20,000 nt of DNA. Source: an uncultured virus (IMG/VR IMGVR_UViG_3300027751_000010) (Duplodnaviria > Heunggongvirae > Uroviricota > Caudoviricetes). The stretch is from the IMG/VR virus record IMGVR_UViG_3300027751_000010; one strand, written 5' to 3'. The number at the start of each line of letters is the position of its first letter. Positions within the stretch are counted from its first letter, which is position 1. A program made the position numbers and the translations under genes. Below the pieces are notes generated by a model that saw nothing but the letters and a program-made list of their open reading frames with translations, ran no database searches and had not been told where the DNA came from. Positions 1 to 7,614 of this stretch are shown here, piece after piece.

Positions 1-482
1 AGTCTTTCTTGTACTTGAGGTCTACGTGAGAAATAATCCACTACACGATTCAGCTTGGATAGACCGATCACCTTTTCACCTGGGATATAGCCTACAGTTG
101 CTTTGCCTACAATGCCTACAAAATGATGTTCGCAACACGACATGACATTAATGTTCTTCTCAACTAACATCTCATCGTATTGGAACTTGTTGTCCACTAC
201 CGTGATCTTAGGAAAATTTGCGGGATTCAATCCGTAAAATGTTTCCTGCATATACATTTTTGCTACGCGCCCTGGTGTGTCATGTAAACTGTCGTCACTT
301 AAATCGAGATTTAAGACATTCATAATCTCACGGAAGTTTATTGCGATTCTCTCAATCTTCTCGTTCTGCTCTAAACTATCATATGCTGATTGTTCTGAGG
401 GAGTTGATACGCCTGCGCGTTTTAATACTTCCTCTATCTCTGCGCCTAGCACAGGATCAGTTTTACTCTTTGTATACGCCAT
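1..482 (-). CDS. folE: GTP cyclohydrolase I (type IA), 3' end beyond window edge
   Basis: Manual translation from ATG at 482 gives MAYTKSKTDPVLGAEIEEVL...DDSLHDTPGRVAKMY...SCCEHHFVGIVGKATVGYIPGEKVIGLSKLNRVVDYFSRRPQVQER, with the FolE motifs TPxRVAKMY, CEHH, GLSK and RxQVQER. The frame is open to base 1. Its start overlaps the upstream stop (TAATG). Absent from the ORF track because there is no stop in the window. Confidence 0.96.
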   Translation of the reverse strand, partial: MAYTKSKTDPVLGAEIEEVLKRAGVSTPSEQSAYDSLEQNEKIERIAINFREIMNVLNLDLSDDSLHDTPGRVAKMYMQETFYGLNPANFPKITVVDNKFQYDEMLVEKNINVMSCCEHHFVGIVGKATVGYIPGEKVIGLSKLNRVVDYFSRRPQVQER

Positions 483-790
483 TATTCCTTTTCTCCATCT
501 TGTAATTCTTTTATTGCCTCACGCATCTCACGCATTGCTGTAAATAGTTTTGTCTGTTCCTGCTCTATCTTTGCAGTCTTTTCAATCAACTGCCTAATAG
601 GCCCAGGTGTTTCTAAATGACCTTTTAAGCTACGCAAAAACCTATGTTTTGCAAAAAGCTTTTTCAAATCTTCATCTTGATCTATATTCAAGATCAAATT
701 ATCTAACACATCAATAATGTCGTCATCTAAGTCATACCCAACTTGGTAAGGACGCATAAGATTAATTTTCATTTCGTTTATATCAGCCAT
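482..790 (-). CDS. hypothetical protein with C-terminal coiled coil (paralog of 790..1143)
   Basis: 102-aa ORF with TAATG overlaps at both ends. Shares LxxLxxKxxFLxxLxGxxxxPGxI with its neighbour. Confidence 0.8.
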   Translation of the reverse strand: MADINEMKINLMRPYQVGYDLDDDIIDVLDNLILNIDQDEDLKKLFAKHRFLRSLKGHLETPGPIRQLIEKTAKIEQEQTKLFTAMREMREAIKELQDGEKE

Positions 791-1143
791 TATATTGATA
801 ATCCATATTTAGACGCCGTAGGGCGCATTGTGTCTATAGCAGAAGTAATATTGCTATTATATGTTTGCTCTTGTATAGCCTTCAACAGATGAACCAAAGC
901 TATTTCTGTTTCTTTTAACTGGTATAGCAACATATTATTTTCGTTACGTACAGCCATTATTTCTCGAGATAGTGTCTTTATGTCCATATGCATAACAGTA
1001 ATAACTCCTGGCATATGATTATCACCTTCCAAGCGATCAAGGAACTTCTTCTTATCTATTAAGTTATCCAACAAACCTTCATCTAACATCTCACATAAGA
1101 TGTCTAGTTTGTGTAACCTATCAAGTGGGTTTTCCGAGGTCAT
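790..1143 (-). CDS. hypothetical protein with coiled coil (paralog of 482..790)
   Basis: 117-aa ORF with an AGGAG RBS 8 nt upstream and its own sigma70 promoter. Confidence 0.85.
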   Translation of the reverse strand: MTSENPLDRLHKLDILCEMLDEGLLDNLIDKKKFLDRLEGDNHMPGVITVMHMDIKTLSREIMAVRNENNMLLYQLKETEIALVHLLKAIQEQTYNSNITSAIDTMRPTASKYGLSI

Positions 1144-1165
1144 ATATGTTTCTCCTGTGTCACAC

Positions 1166-1194
1166 AGTATAGCATATTTTTAACGGGGAGTCAA
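1166..1194 (-). promoter_or_regulatory. sigma70-type promoter P1 (TTGACT-N17-TATACT, extended -10 TG)
   Basis: Minus strand cTTGACTccccgttaaaaatatgcTATACT in the intergenic gap upstream of 1143. Confidence 0.85.
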
Positions 1195-1197
1195 GTA

Positions 1198-2088
1198 TTA
1201 AACAGCCATTTTAGGCTTGTCTTTTATATCCGGGTCAGCCACATAGTCAAGCAACTCTACATCTGTGTATTCTAACTTTAAAAGATCATCAAGTGTATTT
1301 AGGCTTTTGTGGATTTTTAGGGTGGGTAATTGGTGTGGAATTCGTTGTAATTGTTCTTTGACCATGTCAACTTGGTTGAGATAAATGTGTACGTCGTTGC
1401 CAAAGTAAACAAGCTCGCCAGGTTCATAACTTAACAATTTACTAAGAGCAATGTTGAGGAACGCATAGCCCATTATGTTATAAGGTAGGCCAAAAGGAAT
1501 GTCGTTACTACGCATGAGGAACGACGAGTTTAGTTTTCCGTTTGGTGTAACTTGGTATTGGTGTAAGATGTGACATGGTGGTAAAGGTGTTTGGTGAACT
1601 TGCGCAGGATTCCATGCTGTAACGATATGTCGTCTGTCAAAGGGATTCTTCTTTATACCCTCAACAAGATTACGAATTTGGTCTACACCTTTTTCTGCAG
1701 GCATTAGCGTTATCCCATCTTTATAATCAAACACCATGTCTTCACCGCCGAAGTTTCTCCATTGGTGACTATACCCATATCCCATATCACCTTCGGGGAG
1801 ATGCTGCAATCCTTTAGCATCTAAAAATGCGCGGCTTGTGTTGCCTTTCCAGATGCCAATTTTCTTATCTTCTAGTTTCTTAGTATCGCGCTCACCGCGC
1901 AAGAAGAACATAGTCTCCTCAAACGCAATGCGGAAGGCAACCTTTCTTGTTGTTATAATGGGGAAACCGTCAGCGAGGTTCCAGCGCAATGATCGACCAA
2001 ACACAGAGATACTGCCTATGCCTGTCCGATCTTCTTTTGTGAATCCGTTATCTAATACATCCTGGAGCAAGTCGAGATAATTTTGCAC
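1198..2088 (-). CDS. thyA: thymidylate synthase (ThyA)
   Basis: Motifs DRTGIG, YSHQWR, RRHIVTAWNP, LPPCH (catalytic Cys), RSND..G.PYN and HIY. GTG start with AAGGA RBS. Confidence 0.97.
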   Translation of the reverse strand: MQNYLDLLQDVLDNGFTKEDRTGIGSISVFGRSLRWNLADGFPIITTRKVAFRIAFEETMFFLRGERDTKKLEDKKIGIWKGNTSRAFLDAKGLQHLPEGDMGYGYSHQWRNFGGEDMVFDYKDGITLMPAEKGVDQIRNLVEGIKKNPFDRRHIVTAWNPAQVHQTPLPPCHILHQYQVTPNGKLNSSFLMRSNDIPFGLPYNIMGYAFLNIALSKLLSYEPGELVYFGNDVHIYLNQVDMVKEQLQRIPHQLPTLKIHKSLNTLDDLLKLEYTDVELLDYVADPDIKDKPKMAV

Positions 2089-2116
2089 GTAAGTCCTTAG
2101 TGTAGTTGTGTCGTAT

Positions 2117-2145
2117 ATAGTACGCTAAAACGCACTAAATGTCAA
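2117..2145 (-). promoter_or_regulatory. sigma70-type promoter P2 (TTGACA-N17-TACTAT) for thyA
   Basis: Minus strand gctcTTGACAtttagtgcgttttagcgTACTAT. The -35 box contains the TGA stop of the upstream gene. Confidence 0.8.
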
Positions 2146-2579
2146 GAGCGATATCTAATATATGGTACGTATGGAATACCAAAACGGGAATAAATTTCTG
2201 ATTCTATTTGTTCAACAGTATAATAGTCTTTCAAGTTTTTTGTATCCCAAATATACCTCGCAAGATCTAGTGTGAGGTCTGGGATTTTACGAACAGTATA
2301 TATGGATAGGTACTCAGCAAAGACATTTACTTCAAAGAATAATCTCCACTGCGGAGAAAGTTTTGAGAGAATCCAGCGGGCGCCTAGTGTGCGGTAGAAT
2401 TGCCGCACGTAGCACATGCCTATGGACTTCTTTGAACCACAGTGGCTATCTTTTAATGTGAATAAAACTGGACCAACTGGAATACAGCACCTATGTTCTT
2501 GTCCTTTTGGTAGCTTGTTCAATTCAAAATGAAAGCACGGTAGCCAACCTAATGCTTTCTTTACACCCACAAACTTCAT
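2142..2579 (-). CDS. hypothetical protein (probable start MKFVGVKK at 2579, 145 aa)
   Basis: ATG at 2579 overlaps the TGA of the HAD gene (ATGA) and has AAGGA/AGGT upstream. The longer start at 2657 lies deep inside the HAD gene. Confidence 0.7.
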   Translation of the reverse strand: MKFVGVKKALGWLPCFHFELNKLPKGQEHRCCIPVGPVLFTLKDSHCGSKKSIGMCYVRQFYRTLGARWILSKLSPQWRLFFEVNVFAEYLSIYTVRKIPDLTLDLARYIWDTKNLKDYYTVEQIESEIYSRFGIPYVPYIRYRS

Positions 2580-3079
2580 AAACCTAATTCCTTTAATGCA
2601 GCAATCGTGCTTGCTGCGTCTGTATGTAAAATGCCGATGCCGCCAGCGCGGCGCCATGTACCAATGTTGAGATCTCTGTCATCTATCAAAATATGATTGT
2701 CAGCCGCCCACTGCTTTTTATCAGTGCCCCTAACTGTTGTATAAATATTGTCAAAGCCATGCAAGTTATCGTGTACCCAGCGTATCTTCTCAGCCTTTGC
2801 AGGAACTGCTGGCTCACCTGTTGCAGTTAGTATGCTAGGTGAATATTTCACCACGTAGTTCCAAAGCTGGTCAGCATCTGGCATCTTATCTAGGTCATCA
2901 AAAATAGACCTGCCCCCAGCGCGCTCACGCTCTACAAACTTACTAAAACCTATACCCATCGCCCGCAGTTCAGCAAACGTTCTGCCAGTGCGTCCTTGAA
3001 CCATTTTGTCCAAGTCAGCAACAACGCCGTCCAAATCTACAAAAATCTTATACCGCTTATCTAACTCAAACAACTTCAT
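2576..3079 (-). CDS. HAD-superfamily 5'(3')-deoxyribonucleotidase-like protein
   Basis: Motif I IFVDLDGVVAD, motif II ILTA, conserved K.RW, motif IV LIDDR..N...W..AGG.GILH. Confidence 0.9.
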   Translation of the reverse strand: MKLFELDKRYKIFVDLDGVVADLDKMVQGRTGRTFAELRAMGIGFSKFVERERAGGRSIFDDLDKMPDADQLWNYVVKYSPSILTATGEPAVPAKAEKIRWVHDNLHGFDNIYTTVRGTDKKQWAADNHILIDDRDLNIGTWRRAGGIGILHTDAASTIAALKELGL

Positions 3080-3108
3080 TACGTAACCGTCCTCTGTGGG
3101 CTTTTACG

Positions 3109-3116
3109 TATTTATC
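3109..3116 (-). promoter_or_regulatory. putative late promoter GATAAATA
   Basis: One of four identical intergenic octamers, similar to the T4 late promoter TATAAATA. Confidence 0.7.
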
Positions 3117-3456
3117 AACTCATTAAAATTATATAGAGAGTATGAAATCCAAGAAGTACAATAGCAGCATATATACTATTCATCAGCCACAATGTCGTTG
3201 GTAATGTCTTGTACATTGCTGTGTTAGTATCTAATTTATCTATAAGATACGCGAATAATAATAATATAGCACCTTTTAATAAAAACATAGATGCTATGCC
3301 GTATTCGTCTATCAAAAACTTCATCGCGGGATTCACTTCAATCATTGTAGACCCAGATGCAAAAATGCACAACGAAGTCAAACAAGCATCCCATAAATTC
3401 AAAATGACTAAAACAACAAAAGGAAGATTGATCTTAGAGTTCAAAGACAAACCCAT
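3115..3456 (-). CDS. DUF5658-like membrane protein
   Basis: About three hydrophobic segments, with LNLWDACLT...EVNPAM matching the family pattern N..D...T...E.NP. Confidence 0.75.
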   Translation of the reverse strand: MGLSLNSKINLPFVVLVILNLWDACLTSLCIFASGSTMIEVNPAMKFLIDEYGIASMFLLKGAILLLFAYLIDKLDTNTAMYKTLPTTLWLMNSIYAAIVLLGFHTLYIILMS

Positions 3457-4243
3457 TTATAAACCCTTCATTAAGTTTGTTAGGGTAGTATCCCCGAGGA
3501 TTGCAAAGTATCCTCGTCCCGTGTATTTCAAAGTCTACGTTGTCGTGCGTATGACCATGACACCAAACCGCAATGTCGTGCTCTGCAATAAACTCATCCA
3601 GGTTTGTTACGTATGCAGGGTTGAGTGGGTGTCTCCTAAAATGTTCAGGAACACAAAGAGGGTGTGGCAAGTGGTGTGTTACAACCACGGTAGGACCGTC
3701 CCATGGTTTAGCAAGCTGAATACGCATAAACTCCCGCGTGTCAATGTGTGCCACCACAGTATCGTTAGGATGGAACTTGCGGTTCATTCCATGGTATTTG
3801 GGGTTGTAATCAATTTTGCGTATAACGTCAAAATCATTCATACCATCCTTTGCCTTCTGCTTCGCAAACCAATCATCATTATCAAAATCAGTCCACAGCG
3901 TTCCGCCCATGATCCGCACGTGGTCGATATATGCTACATCATCATCAAGCAAGATGAAATTATCTGGCGTAACAAAATCGCGCCACTCTTGTCTCACCTC
4001 ATCGTAAATATGATTGTAAAATTCGTGGTTGCCAAGCACGTAAGCCACGTAGCGGAACTGCTCGCAGCATTGCAAAATAAAATCAATTGCGTCCCCACCG
4101 AGGTCAACGTCACCAGCAAGGATCAGCACAGTTTCCTTGTCATCGGCCTGCGGCTCGATAAGGAAATTTGTATAGCCAGGTTTGGGGTTATCCGCTTGCG
4201 GATTAAACTCTAGGTGTAAATCGCTTAGTAATTTAAACTTCAT
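3434..4243 (-). CDS. calcineurin-like metallophosphoesterase
   Basis: Full motif set: SDLH, AGD, GNHE, THH, HGHTH and NPRGY. Confidence 0.95.
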   Translation of the reverse strand: MKFKLLSDLHLEFNPQADNPKPGYTNFLIEPQADDKETVLILAGDVDLGGDAIDFILQCCEQFRYVAYVLGNHEFYNHIYDEVRQEWRDFVTPDNFILLDDDVAYIDHVRIMGGTLWTDFDNDDWFAKQKAKDGMNDFDVIRKIDYNPKYHGMNRKFHPNDTVVAHIDTREFMRIQLAKPWDGPTVVVTHHLPHPLCVPEHFRRHPLNPAYVTNLDEFIAEHDIAVWCHGHTHDNVDFEIHGTRILCNPRGYYPNKLNEGFINGFVFEL

Positions 4244-4271
4244 GTGTTTACCTTTAACTCTCAGTATCTAT

Positions 4272-4300
4272 ATTATACTAAAAGATGAGCCAAATGTCAA
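4272..4300 (-). promoter_or_regulatory. sigma70 consensus promoter P3 (TTGACA-N17-TATAAT)
   Basis: Perfect consensus: TTGACAtttggctcatcttttagTATAAT. Confidence 0.92.
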
Positions 4301-4312
4301 GAGAAATCAGGG

Positions 4313-4879
4313 CTAAGTCCATAAAGATTGGCGAATTTCCATCAATTTTTGGAGCATTTCTTGGGTTTTTGCGTTATGTTGGGCTTCCAATTCGTTGGTT
4401 TTGTCGCACCAATCACGCCATGCAGCATATTCTTCCACATGTGTTTTCCTCCAGCTCTCTTCGAAAACCTCCAAGCCAACTGCCGAAATATCTGGAGAAG
4501 ATTCACACTCTAGGTCTTCGTAGGTTGGGTATTCATCTTTCCACCAAAGATAAAGCTCCTTGGTTATCTTTGCAGCGTTCACCTGACTTTCATTCATCCT
4601 GTCCCATTCGGGTGCATCTGCTTCTATGTTATTGTTGTAATTTATAGCCCAGTCAAGATGTTGCAGACCAGCTTCGCGAGGAGAGAGATTTTTGTCGCTG
4701 CTCATAGATGGTAGTTCAGTCTCTACATATTCAACGAGAAGGGAAAAACAAGCGTGGAGCATACGTGTGTCAATATCATAATAGTTGGGTTTTAGACCTG
4801 TATTTACGATATGATAACGATAGCTAGGGTGAAGTCGGTGCCGGAACCAGCGTTTTACATCTTTTAATTTTCTGAACAT
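4313..4879 (-). CDS. hypothetical phage protein, probably leaderless
   Basis: 188-aa ORF. ATG is 5 nt after a perfect -10 box, with no SD. Confidence 0.85.
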   Translation of the reverse strand: MFRKLKDVKRWFRHRLHPSYRYHIVNTGLKPNYYDIDTRMLHACFSLLVEYVETELPSMSSDKNLSPREAGLQHLDWAINYNNNIEADAPEWDRMNESQVNAAKITKELYLWWKDEYPTYEDLECESSPDISAVGLEVFEESWRKTHVEEYAAWRDWCDKTNELEAQHNAKTQEMLQKLMEIRQSLWT

Positions 4880-4884
4880 GCCGT

Positions 4885-4913
4885 ATTATAACACGTTTAT
4901 ATTCGGTTGTCAA
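4885..4913 (-). promoter_or_regulatory. sigma70 consensus promoter P4 (TTGACA-N17-TATAAT, extended -10)
   Basis: TTGACAaccgaatataaacgtgtTATAATacggcATG. Confidence 0.92.
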
Positions 4914-4914
4914 G

Positions 4915-4940
4915 TAAAATGGGACATCCTGTCCCATTTA
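4915..4940 (-). terminator. intrinsic terminator-like hairpin
   Basis: AAATGGGACA-GGA-TGTCCCATTTTA just downstream of the stop of 4950..5168 and directly upstream of P4. Confidence 0.75.
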
Positions 4941-4949
4941 TCTTTTTAA

Positions 4950-5168
4950 TTAACGAAATGAACTTCGTTCTTTCCCTGGTGTAGAGACAAAGTCGTTTAA
5001 CTTCTCTGCCTCCTTGACCACTTCTTCGGTCGTAGGTGAAGTTGTAGCATGACCGTTGTCATCGAGGTTTACAGAATGCTGATTCTGTAAAATCCTAAAC
5101 GATAGATCAAGCAGGTCTGCTCTGATCTCATACGGGGACTTCCCCTGAGAACTTTTCATCTGTGCCAT
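4950..5168 (-). CDS. small conserved phage hypothetical protein
   Basis: 72 aa with an AGGAG RBS. The PYEIRxxLL...PTxEEVxxxAxxLxxFV pattern resembles small proteins of T4-like environmental phages (from recollection, not searched). Confidence 0.8.
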   Translation of the reverse strand: MAQMKSSQGKSPYEIRADLLDLSFRILQNQHSVNLDDNGHATTSPTTEEVVKEAEKLNDFVSTPGKERSSFR

Positions 5169-5231
5169 TTTAGTCTAATCTCCTGTAGCTCTGTTTGTTA
5201 TATGTGTGAATTGTGTAACATATGTTTTTTA

Positions 5232-5239
5232 TATTTATC
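5232..5239 (-). promoter_or_regulatory. putative late promoter GATAAATA
   Basis: Intergenic octamer identical to three others, just after the stop of 5243..5575. Confidence 0.7.
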
Positions 5240-5242
5240 TTA

Positions 5243-5575
5243 TCATCGACCATTTGGTACAAGTATACCTGGCTTATGTGGTACTTTAATTTCCGAAGAG
5301 TAATCTTCGTATACCTGCGCTGCTTCCTTGTTGATCTTAGTTGGGTAGCCTATAATAGCTGACCGCTGGTAAACTATATCTTCCTTTTGGTCACCCAAAA
5401 ACGTTGCAGGCATAAGCCCCACACCGTTAGGCCCCATTGACGCTAAACATGGCATATGGATTGTGACTTCCTTAGCTGTAATGTCCACGACCTTACCAAT
5501 GATTTCTTCACCAGTAGTGAGCCGTAGCACCACCACCTTATTCAATTCTAATACCTGTGTGTTCTGTTGTAACAT
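5243..5575 (-). CDS. Sm-like fold phage protein
   Basis: VVVLRLTTGEEIIGKV...P...Y...ILVP pattern typical of phage Sm-like proteins. Lies directly downstream of the RNR gene. Confidence 0.7.
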   Translation of the reverse strand: MLQQNTQVLELNKVVVLRLTTGEEIIGKVVDITAKEVTIHMPCLASMGPNGVGLMPATFLGDQKEDIVYQRSAIIGYPTKINKEAAQVYEDYSSEIKVPHKPGILVPNGR

Positions 5576-5576
5576 T

Positions 5577-7589
5577 CTAATCCTCCGTTAAGTCTACTAT
5601 GTCGCAACCGCCTGCCGCACTGCAAGCGAGTGTCTGTGATCCTGATGTGTTGTCACCTTCCTCATATTGATTCAGCGTCAACCAATCAACTTTGTGTGGC
5701 ATCTTGCCAAGCTGTTTGTCGTATTCCTCTTTTTTGATTTCCTGATACGGTGCTTGCCTATACGAATGGTTTGTGTGTGGCAGGAAAGCTACGCCACTCA
5801 TATAATCAAAATACTTGTACACCCATGCACCAACCTCTAACCATTCGTGATCCTTTACATATACTGTAATAGACGGCTTATGTTCACACCAATGTTCAGC
5901 ATAAACTTTCCATAGTTCTAGCTGTTCAATAGCACCCATCGCATCACGCATAACACTTCCGCGTGGTGACTTCATTGGGAAGCCAAAGACGTAGTTATGT
6001 TCGGGTTTTGTAACGTCGTCCTCAACTGGGAAGCCTGCATCAGCCATAAACTGTGCAAGCGGATCCTTTTTGTCAGCGCGGACAGTACGAATGTAGTAGT
6101 CAGCGTAACGAGGATGAATGCCGCTAGCCGAATCAACTAACTGAGACACTGTGCCTGAAGGCTTGACGCATGTGATTGCTGTGGACTGATTGGTTCCTAA
6201 ATTACCTGACCACGTTTTATTCTCGTCAATAGCAACGTCACGTAGGTTCCGCAGGAATTCAGGCAGCGTAATATCGCGCTTGCCCTTCTTACCACTCAAA
6301 AACTCGTTGTCCATAATGCCCGTCAAGCTTACACCAAGCAATGCTTCTTCTTCTGTGTTCCTACGCCAATCGCGGGACAGGTAGCGGAAGTTTACTAGTG
6401 ATGCTTGCAATGTGCCTAAAATAGTTGCGAGGCGAACCTTGCGTGCCAACGATTCAAAATCGTCATTGGGGCGGACAACAACCTCAGACAAATTACAAAA
6501 CTGTTTGCTACGAAGCAAAATTTCGGAGCAGGGGTTTGTGCCGCGTACTTGCGAGCCATCACGCCTACCATTTTTGCTTGCGTGTCGTTGTGCTGCTTCA
6601 ACATTGAAAATTCCACGCTCGCCAGCTTTTGATTCTACGAGGGATATCCACTCCTTCATAAAAATTTCCATGTCGGGCTTCTCGGTGTACGCTACGCTAT
6701 TATTTGCTAATGCGCGTTGACCATTCTGTTCCCACCACTTACCACTCTTAGCCAGCCTCATGCGATCATCTGACAGATTGGATAGGGATATTAGCGCGGA
6801 GCGGCGTACGCCACCCACGACAACAACATCACCTACCTTACACATAAGATCGTGACACTCAATGGAGGTGAGCTTGCGGCCTGCTGCGTTGACAAACGTC
6901 TCAACCGTAAAACGGAAAAGCTGGTCTAATGGCTCTGGTCCAGAACTGCGACCACCAAATGTTTTTAGGCGCGCGCCAGCGGGGCGGAGCCTGCTCAAAT
7001 CCCATTTTGGAATACGACCAGTGTACAGCATTGCAATTAGTTCGCGGAAGCTTGTTGCCCAACCTAGCTTAGAATCTGGGACAACCAATACGCTGTCGCT
7101 AGGATGAAAATCTTCAGCCACAACAGGCATCTTGACCACTTCCTGTCGCTCCACTGAGAAACCAACACCAGTGCCACACATGAGGATGTACATCGTCTCA
7201 TCAAATGCACGTGGAGAATCCACTGCAAGGAAGCTACAATTATATCCTGCTACTGTGTCACGCTCAAGTGCCTTACCTGCTGTCATCAAACAACGCATGG
7301 AAGGCATAACCTCAAGCTGTAATACTGCGGTCTCTAGCTCCGGCCTTATTTCTTTATACTTTTTGAGTCCGCTTGGATAGTTTTCAAGAATGTGCTTCTC
7401 GAAAAAATTAAAATACCTTGCGACTGTCTCGCCCCAAGTCTCTCTACGACCCACCTCCTCATTGTAACGCGCATACCTACTAAGATGAATAAATCTTTGG
7501 TACTCCGTTGGTAGGGCAATGCCTATTTCTGTTGTTGCTGTTGGGGGTAGTTCGCTGCTGATGGCCGCAGCAAGGTTTTCTTCTTGCAT
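5577..7589 (-). CDS. nrdJ: class II adenosylcobalamin-dependent ribonucleotide reductase (RTPR-like)
   Basis: SRYAR...RRETW, PSMR, YNCS, GTGVGFS, GGVRRSA, NPCSEI (radical Cys), CNLSE, KPSGTVS and C-terminal CSAAGGC. Start placed at ATG 7589 (AAGGAGAG RBS) rather than 7646. Confidence 0.95.
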   Translation of the reverse strand: MQEENLAAAISSELPPTATTEIGIALPTEYQRFIHLSRYARYNEEVGRRETWGETVARYFNFFEKHILENYPSGLKKYKEIRPELETAVLQLEVMPSMRCLMTAGKALERDTVAGYNCSFLAVDSPRAFDETMYILMCGTGVGFSVERQEVVKMPVVAEDFHPSDSVLVVPDSKLGWATSFRELIAMLYTGRIPKWDLSRLRPAGARLKTFGGRSSGPEPLDQLFRFTVETFVNAAGRKLTSIECHDLMCKVGDVVVVGGVRRSALISLSNLSDDRMRLAKSGKWWEQNGQRALANNSVAYTEKPDMEIFMKEWISLVESKAGERGIFNVEAAQRHASKNGRRDGSQVRGTNPCSEILLRSKQFCNLSEVVVRPNDDFESLARKVRLATILGTLQASLVNFRYLSRDWRRNTEEEALLGVSLTGIMDNEFLSGKKGKRDITLPEFLRNLRDVAIDENKTWSGNLGTNQSTAITCVKPSGTVSQLVDSASGIHPRYADYYIRTVRADKKDPLAQFMADAGFPVEDDVTKPEHNYVFGFPMKSPRGSVMRDAMGAIEQLELWKVYAEHWCEHKPSITVYVKDHEWLEVGAWVYKYFDYMSGVAFLPHTNHSYRQAPYQEIKKEEYDKQLGKMPHKVDWLTLNQYEEGDNTSGSQTLACSAAGGCDIVDLTED

Positions 7590-7614
7590 GATCTCTCCTT
7601 TGTGTTTGTTGTTA

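Noticed and set aside
277..543. 88-aa plus-strand ORF, and the other short plus-strand or alternate-frame ORFs in the track
   Set aside because: They overlap folE or other confident minus-strand genes and have no independent support.
1198..2088. ThyA homolog acting as a dCMP hydroxymethylase or other base-modifying enzyme
   Set aside because: It retains the dUMP-specifying Asn (GLPYNI) and canonical ThyA motifs and length.
3209..4213. 334-aa plus-strand ORF
   Set aside because: It lies antisense and in codon register to the well-supported metallophosphoesterase. It has no RBS, promoter or recognisable motif, so it is most likely a shadow ORF.
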